From NCBI GenBank assembly GCA_918797485.1, contig CAKKNE010000004.1:3410001-3474000 (forward strand): a stretch of 64,000 bases of DNA, in the 5' to 3' direction. Below the pieces are notes generated by a model. The model did no database searches. It worked only from the letters and a program-made list of their open reading frames with translations, and was not told the origin of the DNA. Positions 1 to 9,781 of the stretch are shown one piece after another. The position numbers and the translations under genes were made by a program. Position 1 is the first letter of the stretch. Each line of letters starts with the position of its first letter. Source of the stretch: Pelagomonas calceolata. Taxonomy: Eukaryota.

Positions 1-98
1 GCTCGGGCGATGCGGGCTGCGCCGTGACCTCACACAGTGGTACCGTAGCCTAGCCATCAAGCAAAGCAGCCCATACTCACAACGCAGCCATACAACTA

Positions 99-632
99 AT
101 GGGCTGCTGCACCTCAAAAGTCAATGCGGATCCCGTGTCGACGATTCTCGTCATCGGCCCGGAAAGCGCCGGCAAGACCACGTTGCTCCGGTCCGTCGGC
201 CGGCGCTGCGCCGGCGCCGACGAGAGCCAGCCGGTCCGGACGATGCCGACGATAGGCCAGGAGGTCGAGTACCTCGAGGCGCCTGGCGCGCGCGTCATGC
301 TTCAAGAAATCGGGGGCTGCATGGCGCCGACGTGGCCGCGCTACTACGACCGGGCGGCGGCTGTCCTGTTCGTCGTCGACGCGGCGGCGCCGGAGACCTG
401 GGCCGAGGCGCTCGTTTTGTTAGAGGAGCTGGTCGGGGCCGTGCAGAAGCCCATTGGAGTCGTGCTGAACAAGCTCGACGCGGCCGCGGCGGACGGCGTC
501 GCCGCGCGCGGGCTCCTCGGCCTCGAGGAGCTGGCCGTGGACGTATTCGAGGGCTCGCTGACGGGGAAAGGCGCCCTCGTCGACGACCTGAAGGGGTTCG
601 CCCTGGCCGCGCGGCCGCTAAGTATCAAGTAG
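99..632 (+). CDS. ARL16: ARF-like small GTPase, ARL16 type
   Basis: P-loop GPESAGKT, PTIG and NKLD; EIGGCMAPTWPRYY resembles ARL16 ELGGCMGPIWSSYY; N-terminal MGCC lipidation motif. Confidence 0.85.
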   Translation: MGCCTSKVNADPVSTILVIGPESAGKTTLLRSVGRRCAGADESQPVRTMPTIGQEVEYLEAPGARVMLQEIGGCMAPTWPRYYDRAAAVLFVVDAAAPETWAEALVLLEELVGAVQKPIGVVLNKLDAAAADGVAARGLLGLEELAVDVFEGSLTGKGALVDDLKGFALAARPLSIK

Positions 633-649
633 TAGTAGCACAGTCTTTC

Positions 650-3600
650 TTACATGCCAGTGGCCGCGGCGGCGAGGAAACGCTCCGTCATCTCCCCAAA
701 GGCCGGCCAACCAGCGAGCCCCTCGGGCGTCGCGGGATATTCGCCGTGCGCGAGGCCGGACGCCGCGTACCAGGCGCCGAGGGGGCCGTGGAGCTCCTGC
801 AACTCGGCGAGCTCCGGCGCTCCCTCCGGTGCCGCCGCGGGTTCGAGCTCCATCGGCGCGGTCACTTCCTCGGCAGCAGTGGCGATAGGTGGCTGCGCCG
901 GCGCCGCTTCGGCGACGGGGGTTGATGGCGCCGCGGCGGCCGGCGCCGGGGTGGCCAGCGCCGCGTCCTCACGCTGCAGCGCGAGCGCGATGGCCTCGTC
1001 GCTACTGACCGAGGAGTGCGGGAGCGCCGCCGCCGCGTCCGCGGGAGGCGGGGACGTCGCCGCCGCGGGCGCAGGCGGCGGGGGCGTCGGCGGCGCTGCT
1101 GCGGGCGCCGCGGCGGGCTCGGCGGCCGACGGCTCCTCGAGCGGCTCGAGTTGTTCCGCGCGCCGCGACGCCGTCTTGCCGTCGCCGAAGGTGATCGTGT
1201 ACCAGCTGCCACCGCCCAGCGTCGACTTGCATCGCTGCCCCGTTTCGAGGTCGCGGCACGGGCAGCCCGGAACGCGCAGTTTCGCGGCCTTCGCGTCCCT
1301 CAGCGACTCCCTGACGGCAATCTGCAGGTGGCGGTCCTCGACGCCCGTCGAACGGTCGACGGCGCCCGCGCGCCGCGGCGCCGTGGCCACGAGGTAGCCG
1401 CAGCCCTGCAAATTCCGCGGCACGCCGCCGATCGAAGCCAAAGCGTCGGCCGTGCCCGAGCGCTCGTCGGGCCGGGTCTCGGGCATGCCGGACGCGTCCT
1501 CCTCGTAGGTCGTCAGGACCTCGTCGCCGGGCTTGACGTCCCGCACGAGCTCCCAGCCCCACAACACGGCTTGTCCGCACGTGGCCTCGCGGCCCCGTAA
1601 GGCGCGCCAGGCGACCGTGGGCTGCTTGGCACCTCTAGCTTCGTTGACGAAGAAGGTGCGCGTCGCCACTCTATTTTCTTCGTCTCGAAGCACCATGTAG
1701 CCGTCACCTCCGATGTAGACGTAGTCGAAGGCGCCCAAGCGCTTGTAGCCGTCTCCGACCTTGTGAGCGACGCCCGGGTCCTTGAGCACCGTGCCCTTCT
1801 TTAATCGCTTGGTGAAGAGCACGCCGCGGCCCGCGGCGTCGCTCTGGCGCGCGTCGCCGACGTCGCGCGTCACCTCCGTGCACGCGCCGAGGCGCTCGAA
1901 GAGGCGTTTGGCTTCGGCCGTGGCCGCCTGGTCCTCAACTTCGGGCAGGCCGAGGCGCGCGCGGACCTCGGCCGGCTCCGGCGGCGCCCAAGGGTCCGGC
2001 GGCGGCGGCCGCGCGCGCGGCTTGCGGGCGCGCTTCGGCGCCGGCGCGACGTCCTCGTCGGAAGACGACGACGAGGCGGACGGCGCGCGCGCGCGCTTCT
2101 GGGGCGCCTTCTTCGGCTGGACAGCCTGGCCCAGCGGCACGGGCCCCTTGTTCGCGCCGCCGCGGAACGACTGGATGGGCGTGCCGTCGGGCAGGTAGAG
2201 CACGTGGTAGGCGTTGTGCTTCGACGTGACGCCGGTCGCCTTCGTGAAGGCGGCCGGCGAGTCGTAGGTCTTGCCCTTGTACTGGAGCCGGCCGTCCTCG
2301 AGGAGCGTGCCCTCGGCGCGATGGTGGTCCGGCAGCGACCGGTGCCACTCAACGATGATGGGGCCCGGCGCGATGAGGCCCGCGGCGATCAAGCCGGCCA
2401 GCGTGCCGTGGTTCGCCACCTGGCCCTTCCTGTCCCGGACGACGAGCGCGGGCACCGCCGGCTTCGCGTCGGAGCGCCGCCGCTTCGCCGGCCGGCGCTC
2501 CGGCGTCGGCGACGGCTCGGTGTCAGAGTCGGAGTCCTCGTCGGCGGCCGGCGGCGCCGGCGCCGGCGCCGGCGCTGGCCTCGGCGCGGCGTCGCGCAGC
2601 GCCTTGATGTGGCACGGCTTCACGCGCCCGTCGTGGTCGCCGTCGTCGAAGTCGACGGCGTAGAGGAAGCCGTCGCCGTCCGCCTTGACGGCCTTGATGG
2701 TGCCCTCGTACATGGCGCCCCACGCGCCGCGGTAGCGCGCCTTGACGCGGTCGCCGACCTTGTAGGCCGGTGCTTCCGCCGCGGCGTCGTCGGCCGCCGG
2801 CGCTGGAGCTTCTTCTGAGCCCGAGTCCGAGTCCGACTCCGAGTCCGACTCGTCGACGGCGTCCCGGGCCTCGTACTTGTCGCGGATGTGTTGCGGGGCC
2901 AGCCTGTCCGGATTATTGGCGATGAGCCGGCTGATGTAACCGTCGGTCATGCCCGTGTACGCCCTCGCCGCGTCCACCCGAGAGGCAAAGCGCCGCCACT
3001 TCTTGTCGCCGACGCGGCGGATCTCGCAGGCTTGACTCCGACTCGGCGCCGGGACTTCCTCACCGTCGGAGTCGACGGGCCTGCGCGCCTCGAGGTGGCG
3101 CAATCTCGCTGGGCACTTGTCGGGATGGTTCACGAGCTTCGAGACGTCGGCCGGGGTCAGGCCGAACGCCTTCGCCGCGTCGTTTTGCATAGCGAAGCCG
3201 CGCCACGCCGTGTCGCCGACGCTGCGCATCTCGATGACGACGGGCCGCTCGTCGCCCGAGTCCGACTCGGGAGCTTCGTCGTCGTCGTCATCATCGTCGT
3301 CGTCGTCGCTCGGCTCCGGCGGCGGCGGCGGCGCGCCGCCGGTCGGCGGCGGCGGCGCCTCGTCGTCGTCGTCGTCGTTGTCGTCGTCCTCCCCACTCGG
3401 ATCCGGCGGCGGTGGCGGCGCGGCGGCGGCGGGCGCGGGCGCGGCCGGCGCCGCGGCCGGCGCGGCGCCAGGCAACGCGGCGCCCGGCTCGTTCAGCGCC
3501 GCGACGGCCTTGCGGAACTTCGCGCGCACGAGCATCTTCCACTGCGCCGTGAGCTCCGCGAGTTCGGCCGGCTCGGCCTGACGCACCTCCTCGATGCAGT

Positions 3601-3706
3601 CCGCGACGGCGAGCACGTCGTCCGTGCGCGCCTGGACGAGCGGGATGCTGTCGCAGAAGCGCTGGATGCAGGGCGTGCGCCCGCCGCAGGGGCAGAGGAC
3701 GTTCAT
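650..3706 (-). CDS. Multidomain chromatin protein (2 HTH/NUMOD-like repeats, Tudor, RAMA, SET-like, UIM-like)
   Basis: Tudor YKVGDRVKARYRG..YEGTI..YAVDFDDGD; RAMA TLAGLIAAGLIAPG..GTLLEDGRLQYKGKTYDSPAAF; SET-like GRGVLFTKRLKKG..FFVNE..RDVKPGDEVLTTY; DEAIALALQRED. Confidence 0.8.
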   Translation of the reverse strand: MNVLCPCGGRTPCIQRFCDSIPLVQARTDDVLAVADCIEEVRQAEPAELAELTAQWKMLVRAKFRKAVAALNEPGAALPGAAPAAAPAAPAPAAAAPPPPPDPSGEDDDNDDDDDEAPPPPTGGAPPPPPEPSDDDDDDDDDDEAPESDSGDERPVVIEMRSVGDTAWRGFAMQNDAAKAFGLTPADVSKLVNHPDKCPARLRHLEARRPVDSDGEEVPAPSRSQACEIRRVGDKKWRRFASRVDAARAYTGMTDGYISRLIANNPDRLAPQHIRDKYEARDAVDESDSESDSDSGSEEAPAPAADDAAAEAPAYKVGDRVKARYRGAWGAMYEGTIKAVKADGDGFLYAVDFDDGDHDGRVKPCHIKALRDAAPRPAPAPAPAPPAADEDSDSDTEPSPTPERRPAKRRRSDAKPAVPALVVRDRKGQVANHGTLAGLIAAGLIAPGPIIVEWHRSLPDHHRAEGTLLEDGRLQYKGKTYDSPAAFTKATGVTSKHNAYHVLYLPDGTPIQSFRGGANKGPVPLGQAVQPKKAPQKRARAPSASSSSSDEDVAPAPKRARKPRARPPPPDPWAPPEPAEVRARLGLPEVEDQAATAEAKRLFERLGACTEVTRDVGDARQSDAAGRGVLFTKRLKKGTVLKDPGVAHKVGDGYKRLGAFDYVYIGGDGYMVLRDEENRVATRTFFVNEARGAKQPTVAWRALRGREATCGQAVLWGWELVRDVKPGDEVLTTYEEDASGMPETRPDERSGTADALASIGGVPRNLQGCGYLVATAPRRAGAVDRSTGVEDRHLQIAVRESLRDAKAAKLRVPGCPCRDLETGQRCKSTLGGGSWYTITFGDGKTASRRAEQLEPLEEPSAAEPAAAPAAAPPTPPPPAPAAATSPPPADAAAALPHSSVSSDEAIALALQREDAALATPAPAAAAPSTPVAEAAPAQPPIATAAEEVTAPMELEPAAAPEGAPELAELQELHGPLGAWYAASGLAHGEYPATPEGLAGWPAFGEMTERFLAAAATGM

Positions 3707-3884
3707 TTTAGCGCTTTTGGGCCTTGGCGCCTTTCGGGTGTAGGGCCGAATACGGGCCCTGCGCGCGCCTCTGGCACGGATGACCGCGCTGCGCCGGCTC
3801 TATTCGAAAGTCGCCACACCCTGCGACCCGTGGGTCGCTCTAATGGCGTAGAACAAGGAGCCTCGACAAAAGCTCTCTGGTTTG

Positions 3885-3906
3885 CTAGTGTCTTACATTA
3901 CGCTAG
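3885..3906 (+). promoter_or_regulatory. CTAG-N14-CTAG upstream motif
   Basis: CTAGTGTCTTACATTACGCTAG in a head-to-head gap; recurs across the window. Confidence 0.7.
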
Positions 3907-3994
3907 CAAACAGATCCAGCCTCGACCCAAGTTTCCCTGGGAACGCGCTGCAGAAGCGAGGAACGCTGCCAGTACACTACTCAGAGCTGCCACA

Positions 3995-4623
3995 ATGAGG
4001 CTGGTCCTCGCGCTCTGCCTCTTGACCGTCCAGGCCTTCCAGACCCCGCGGCCCAGACCCGCGGCCCAGATCCAGCGGCGCGCCTTCCTCGACGACGACG
4101 ACGTCAGTGATTCGGCGTGATTTCCGACCTTTTCCGAACGTCGACGCCATGCTGCACCGCCTCGACGCCGTCGACGCGGCCGCGTGAGAGTCTACGCGTC
4201 TCGCGAGAGCGCCGCGGCAGTCTCGCGACGGTGTTAATCACACAGGGCTCGATCTGGGACACATTATTAAGAAACGGACCCATCAGCTTCGGGATTAGGG
4301 TGGCGCGGCCCGACTTCTACGAAGAGACGGTGGTCACGTACATGGAGACGAAAGGAGTGGATAGACTAGAAGCGCAGCGGCGCATGGACTTCATGTTCAA
4401 CGACCCGAACGGCTTCGGCGTCAACGAGTTGCGCGAGGAGCAGCTGGGCGAGAAGATCAACTACAACGTTAAGTCGGGCGTCCAGAACCGGCCGGTCTTC
4501 AGTGCCTTCTGGGCCGCATGGTGCTTCTACTTCTTCTTCATCTTCCTGCCGACGCGCGTTTCTGAACTCGGGGGCATCGACTTCACGCCGTCGAAGTTCG
4601 ACATCATGGGGCCCTACAACTAG
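3995..4623 (+). CDS. Plastid-targeted membrane protein of unknown function; exons 3995-4102 and 4246-4623
   Basis: Signal peptide ending VQA-F (ASAF-like motif); a GT..CACACAG intron joins two ORFs in phase 0; C-terminal TM helix. Confidence 0.7.
4103..4245 (+). mobile_element. Intron, degenerate introner-like element
   Basis: GTCAGT donor, AATCACACAG acceptor; internal palindromes; residual GTGATT/AATCAC inverted ends. Confidence 0.55.
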
Positions 4624-4633
4624 ATTCACATAA

Positions 4634-5533
4634 CTATTTAAGAAAGTCTGCTGAGACCTCCAACACGTTGCCGTCGGGGTCTTGTATACGCTCAGCTCTA
4701 TCGCGCGCCGCGAGCCTTAAGGCGCCGACCGCGGAAACGCCTGTTGATGGTGGCTTCGCCCGTCGATCGGGCACGAGGAGCACACCAAAAGAAGATGGAG
4801 CCGCCTCTAGATAAATAGAGCCCTTGGGCGGGTTGGGATCAAAAGGCGACTCGCCCTCCTTCTTGTCGAAGGGCCGCGCGCGCGGGTACGGGGCGCGCTT
4901 GAACCCGTGACTTTCGTACCAGGCCGCGCTCTTCCGCGCGTCTTTTGATCGGTAGGCCACGTACATGAGGCGGTCGGGCGGCTCGTCGCCAACGAGCAGC
5001 CGCAGCGGCAACCCGCCCGGCGCGCCGACGGACCAGGCGCCGTAGCCGTCGCGCAGCTCGCCCCCGTACGTCACCATGCGCGACGCGCGGAACTGCAGCG
5101 GCAACGCGATTTGGACGTAGAGGACGGCGTCCGTTTCTGGAGAAGCCGGCGCGACGTCGTTCGCTGGTTGCAGCTCGAGCGAGAAGTGGCCGCCGTCGAC
5201 GTCGAACGACGACACGCCGAGCGTGAAGTCCTTCGGCCGCTCGAGGGCCGTCGGGCCGAACGAGGCCCGCGCGGCGCCGCCTTTTTCCGCTGTTACGGTC
5301 ATTCCCAATGCTTCACTTAAAAACGCTGCCGTCGCGGGCACGTCGCCGCAATTGACGACCAATGAGCGCGGGACGAGCGGTGCGTCGGCGAAGGTCGCAG
5401 CCTGCGCTGGCAGCGGTGCCAGTGCCAGCGTCTGCAGCACTGTACGGCGGTCCAGGCTTTGCGGTTGCAGTCGCATGGCTGCCGTGGCTGCAGCATAGAT
5501 GCAAACGGTTCGTATTATCGATGCGGGATGCAT
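4634..5533 (-). CDS. Glyoxalase/VOC-family protein, probably plastid or thylakoid-lumen targeted
   Basis: Signal peptide followed by RR..AQA Tat-like motif; VOC patterns LVVNCGDVPATAAFLSEALGM, FSLEL and QDPDGNVLEV. Confidence 0.65.
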   Translation of the reverse strand: MHPASIIRTVCIYAAATAAMRLQPQSLDRRTVLQTLALAPLPAQAATFADAPLVPRSLVVNCGDVPATAAFLSEALGMTVTAEKGGAARASFGPTALERPKDFTLGVSSFDVDGGHFSLELQPANDVAPASPETDAVLYVQIALPLQFRASRMVTYGGELRDGYGAWSVGAPGGLPLRLLVGDEPPDRLMYVAYRSKDARKSAAWYESHGFKRAPYPRARPFDKKEGESPFDPNPPKGSIYLEAAPSSFGVLLVPDRRAKPPSTGVSAVGALRLAARDRAERIQDPDGNVLEVSADFLK

Positions 5534-5671
5534 GACTGGCTGCATTTTGGCGCTCTGATGTTGTGCTGCTGCACTCCAGTCCTCACGGCCCTCAAGGTGA
5601 ATGTGCGACTATCTATGCTTCCCGGCGGACGGAATGCATCCAAAGGAGCCTTCAGATGGGTTCGAAATTTT

Positions 5672-5694
5672 CTAGTATGTTACGAGGACGCTAG
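5672..5694 (+). promoter_or_regulatory. CTAG-N15-CTAG upstream motif
   Basis: CTAGTATGTTACGAGGACGCTAG in a head-to-head gap. Confidence 0.6.
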
Positions 5695-6005
5695 GTTTTA
5701 TTTTGCGCGATCGCCATCGTCGTGCAGCTATTGCGAAGTGCTCGCTTAGGTAGCTCTCCAACCACCAACGTAAGTCGTCTCAGCCGAAGCCAGAGATCAC
5801 TTCTCTGAACTGAGGACTGCCCCGCCCTCCCCGCTCGCCAGCTTGGGTGCAAAGCGCAGCGAGGCTGCTTGCAGCCCTGCGCAGCGCCGCGCGCCGTCGC
5901 CGGCTCCCCGCGGTCCACGAGAGAGTAACAACGCACGCGAGAGAGTAACAAGCGCTCACTTTGTTACGCGCGCGCAGCTCGCCGCCGACGACACAAAAAG
6001 CAAAA

Positions 6006-6365
6006 ATGCCGACCAAATCGAAAGCCGCGAAGAAGAAGACCGTCAAGTTCTACGTCGACTGCTGGCAGCCCGTCGAGGACTCCGTGCTTGACGTCGCGAC
6101 CTTCGAGAAGTTCCTGCGGGACACGATCAAGGTCGACAACAAGGCGGGCAACCTCGGCGACAAGGTCGTCCTCAGCACGGAGAAGACGAAGGTCGTCGTC
6201 CAGGCGACGGACGGCGTCATCGCGAAGCGGTACCTGAAGTACTTGACGAAGAAGTACCTCAAGAAGCAGCAGCTCCGCGACTACCTCCACGTCGTCGCGA
6301 CGGCGAAAAACACGTACGAGATGCGCTACTTCAGCATCAACTCCGAGGGCGACGACGAGGCGTAA
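6006..6365 (+). CDS. RPL22: 60S ribosomal protein L22 (eL22)
   Basis: KFYVDC..PVED, IKVDNKAGNLG, KRYLKYLTKKYLKKQQLRDYL. Confidence 0.97.
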   Translation: MPTKSKAAKKKTVKFYVDCWQPVEDSVLDVATFEKFLRDTIKVDNKAGNLGDKVVLSTEKTKVVVQATDGVIAKRYLKYLTKKYLKKQQLRDYLHVVATAKNTYEMRYFSINSEGDDEA

Positions 6366-6371
6366 AAATTG

Positions 6372-7967
6372 TTACCTTAGTGAGTTCGTGCACCGCAGCA
6401 GCACGTCAGCTATTTCGACGTGCGGCGGCGCCGTGAGGATATACAAAGCCGCGTCGACGACGTCGCGCGCCTCCAAAGCGTCGGCCGCCGCATACACTAA
6501 GTCCGACGCCGCCTTTCCATTTTTCGCGGCATAGAAGTCCGACACGACGAGCCCGGGCGAGATCGACGAGACTCTGTAAGGAGACTGCTTCGCGCGCAGT
6601 TCCCGCCGCGTCGCCTCGGCCAGCGCCCGCACCGCGGCCTTGGACGCCGCGTAGATCCCCAAATCCGTCGCGTCGGGCATTCTATGAGCTGAAAGTGAGG
6701 AAATGTGTAGCACGTGGCCCCGCGGCGCCTTCATCCTTTCGAGCAGGGCGAAGTAGGCCGTGGACCACGCCGCCGGCGCCACCGTGTTGATGGCAAACGT
6801 CTCGTTTATTGCGCTTTCGCTGCCCCCCAGGACGACCGCGCCGTCCCGCGCGACGCCGGCGTTGTTGATCAGAGCAAAAGGGGGTGATGCACAAGCATCC
6901 AAGGCCTTTGTGATCGTAGCTGGGTCGGTCACATCCCCAACCACACAAATGATCCGCTCACCAATACGTTTCCGTAACGCTTCCAGCCGGTCCGCCCTTC
7001 TAGCCACGGCCACGACACGTACTTTCAACTCGCAAGCAAGCGCCTCGCACAGAGCCGCCCCAATACCGGCGGAGGCGCCCGTCACGATGCAGACGCCGTC
7101 GACGAACGCCGGAGACGCTTCTAGCGCCAGCGCCCTCGAACAGCGCGGCTGGTCGCGCGCCTTCCGTTTGATCGCATCTTGTTCCAATTGTGCTTTGATT
7201 TTATCAGCGACAGTCGACTTCTTCTTCAACCCCCGCGCGAATTTGGAAAACGCGCCCTTCGAGAGCGTCGAGTCGCGGAACTCGTCTTTCAGTCTATTGC
7301 CATCAATATCTTCTCTAGCATAACATAAATCAACTCGAATCACGAGCTTCACGCCCTTCGTCAAAGGAGGACACGCGTGCAGGATGTCGTGCTCAAACAC
7401 CAGAGCCATGCCTCTTTTGGGTTTGACTGGTATGCCGCGCTTGTAACAGACCTCCGGGAAAACGTCGTCGCGCGGGTTTGCTGGTGGAGGCGCGGACTTG
7501 GGCGAGGGCAACAAGCACGTCTCGCAGCCCTCGTAGCCCTCATTCAGATACAACAGTATGGTGAAGAGACTCGCGTTCGGCTCCTTCACAGGCGTATGTT
7601 TATCCCCACCAGACGTGTCCGGGTGCGGCGCGACGCTCGCGCCCTCCGGGTACTTGACAAAGCGGAAGGTTGGGGTGACGCCGACCAAGCGCCTCCTTTT
7701 GTGGACCGGCGGGCAGAACGGCCTGAGCCTCTCGAAGATAGTAAGGGCCCACGCGTCATCATCAAAACGCGCTCGCAAGCCCGTCTGCAGCGGCGCCATG
7801 GGGCTCGGTTTCCAGCCGCTCGCGTCCGCCATTTGTATTAGTTGGGAGCACTCCTTGGCGTCGAGGACGTCGTCCACCGTAAACGCGAGTTTCGAGTTGT
7901 CGAGCGTCCACTCCTTCGGCAGCCGGTGGCGCGTGTAGGCGCGGTCTTTCGCAACCATGCTAGCCAT
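6372..7967 (-). CDS. Fusion of a 2OG-Fe(II) prolyl-4-hydroxylase-like oxygenase and an SDR dehydrogenase
   Basis: HPD..HDILH..KLVIR oxygenase motifs, then TGASAGIG, INNAG and YAASK in one ORF. Confidence 0.8.
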   Translation of the reverse strand: MASMVAKDRAYTRHRLPKEWTLDNSKLAFTVDDVLDAKECSQLIQMADASGWKPSPMAPLQTGLRARFDDDAWALTIFERLRPFCPPVHKRRRLVGVTPTFRFVKYPEGASVAPHPDTSGGDKHTPVKEPNASLFTILLYLNEGYEGCETCLLPSPKSAPPPANPRDDVFPEVCYKRGIPVKPKRGMALVFEHDILHACPPLTKGVKLVIRVDLCYAREDIDGNRLKDEFRDSTLSKGAFSKFARGLKKKSTVADKIKAQLEQDAIKRKARDQPRCSRALALEASPAFVDGVCIVTGASAGIGAALCEALACELKVRVVAVARRADRLEALRKRIGERIICVVGDVTDPATITKALDACASPPFALINNAGVARDGAVVLGGSESAINETFAINTVAPAAWSTAYFALLERMKAPRGHVLHISSLSAHRMPDATDLGIYAASKAAVRALAEATRRELRAKQSPYRVSSISPGLVVSDFYAAKNGKAASDLVYAAADALEARDVVDAALYILTAPPHVEIADVLLRCTNSLR

Positions 7968-8167
7968 TTTTTATCTGCTGCGTCGACGGCTACCGCGTCG
8001 ATGGCGTCTCGAAGTCTGGAGAGCTTATCTCACAACTGGGGCAGTACTGTGTGTAGTGATCGATCCTATGTGGACGGATATGCAGCAAATGGGTCCAGGA
8101 ACCTCGCTGCGACCGTCTTGCGCAACAGTGGAGCCGATTTGCCTGCCAAAACTGGTTTGCGGGCGTG

Positions 8168-8189
8168 CTAGCGTCCTGTAAGACACTAG
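8168..8189 (-). promoter_or_regulatory. CTAG-N14-CTAG upstream motif
   Basis: Reverse complement reads CTAGTGTCTTACAGGACGCTAG, about 200 nt upstream of the ATG at 7967. Confidence 0.65.
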
Positions 8190-8244
8190 CCGCAAAGATG
8201 CGGATGCCCTCACGTGCTGCGGCGAGCGATTACAAACACACACA

Positions 8245-9429
8245 TTATCTAGAGACCGCGGGCGACGCGCACGGCTCCAGGCACGTCACGAAGCGCCGGA
8301 ACCGCTTCGACAATAAGTGGTCGTCGGCCTTGTCGAGCCAGCGCAGCATGAAGTTGTAGACCTTGGCCGAGCCCGCGTTGTTCTGTTCGTAGAGCCCGAG
8401 CTTCGCCTTAGTTAAATCAAGAGACTTGGCCCCGAAGCGGTAGTGCGAGAAGCCGTAGGCTTTCAGACCCCGCGGGAGGGCCTCCTCGCCCTCGACGTAG
8501 TGCGACGACGCGTACTGAGTTGATTTCCCCATGAACGAAGTCGGCACGAGGATCCACTTCCGCGGCTGGCCCTTGAGCATTTCTAAAGTCGCGAGGCAGC
8601 GCCGCGGGAACTGGCGCCATAAAGGCTCATTAGTAATAGAGTTCAAGCGCCAGGTCTCGGCGATGCGGTCGACCATGGAGCCGAGCACGAAGCCGTCGCC
8701 CGTCACGAGGGCCGCATCAATAAGTGGTGTTGGAACGTCGAAGAACTCGTCGAGGTCGGGATACATGAGGTACTTGTTCTTCGGCAGCGTCTTCAGGTAA
8801 GCGTTGACCGCCTCTCTTTTTAAATCTGACGTGTACGTAGATGCTTCTCTCAAATTATCGGGGTGTACGACTTCATCGAGGATGGGCTTCACGTCCTTCA
8901 GTGAAGGCGACACGATAATGAGAGAGCGGCCGGGCTCCTTGAAGCGGATGCCCCGCGCCGCGTAGAAGGCCAGGAAGTGTTTCAGCAACTCGGGATTGCG
9001 GCTCGTCACGTAGGCGAAGAAGTAGAGCTTGCTCGTGAGTGTTTTGTTGAAACGCTGCGGCGCTCCACAATTCCCGTCCTTCGTAAACACAAGCGTCGCG
9101 TTGAGGTCGTGCTTCTGCTTCGTGGGCGTGAGGTGTTGCGCCCCGCGCCATCGACGCGATGCTGCCTCCGCAGCTGCGTCTGCTCGTTTCGACTTGGCCG
9201 GCGCGGCCGGCGCCTTCACCTCCTTGCGGCAGTGGCGGTCGCTGCCCACCGTGACGCAGCCGGGCAGCTGCACCGGATATTTCTTTCGCTGGTTTTTCCG
9301 CATTAACGCCTGCTGGCGCTCGGCGTCGAGGTACGTGCCGTCTTGGAGCAAATTGTCCGCCTGGTATTTGGCATGTTTAATGCCGTTCGCCGCGGCGCGC
9401 GGCAGCAGTAACAAGTATAATAGGTTCAT
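8245..9429 (-). CDS. Secretory GT-A glycosyltransferase-like protein (GT2-like)
   Basis: Signal peptide; LLKHFLAFY; YLMYPDLDEFF DxD motif. Confidence 0.7.
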   Translation of the reverse strand: MNLLYLLLLPRAAANGIKHAKYQADNLLQDGTYLDAERQQALMRKNQRKKYPVQLPGCVTVGSDRHCRKEVKAPAAPAKSKRADAAAEAASRRWRGAQHLTPTKQKHDLNATLVFTKDGNCGAPQRFNKTLTSKLYFFAYVTSRNPELLKHFLAFYAARGIRFKEPGRSLIIVSPSLKDVKPILDEVVHPDNLREASTYTSDLKREAVNAYLKTLPKNKYLMYPDLDEFFDVPTPLIDAALVTGDGFVLGSMVDRIAETWRLNSITNEPLWRQFPRRCLATLEMLKGQPRKWILVPTSFMGKSTQYASSHYVEGEEALPRGLKAYGFSHYRFGAKSLDLTKAKLGLYEQNNAGSAKVYNFMLRWLDKADDHLLSKRFRRFVTCLEPCASPAVSR

Positions 9430-9781
9430 GGCATCGTGCTAAGGGCTGCCCATGAACCCCTTGGATGCCTTCGAGGCCTTTGCGCCGCGAGAGCTGCCCG
9501 CATTTTTCACGCAGAGCCCGCACGTAATTTGAATCTTTTGGCGCCCGCAGAGTATGAGTGCTCACGTTCATCACCGACCCTGGCGCACGCGTGGGGGCTG
9601 CTTTTTCTCGTCGTCGTTTCGGCCTAAAAAAAGTGGCTCGTGCCAGGTGTGAGAATGACAGCCAAAAAACAGGCATAACGCGCGTGCACCATGGGAACGC
9701 GCAGCGACGCGGCCCGCAGCCGTCGCCGGGCAGCCCATCAATAGCCTAGATCGATGCGCCGCGGCGCGCGGGCATAGGAAG

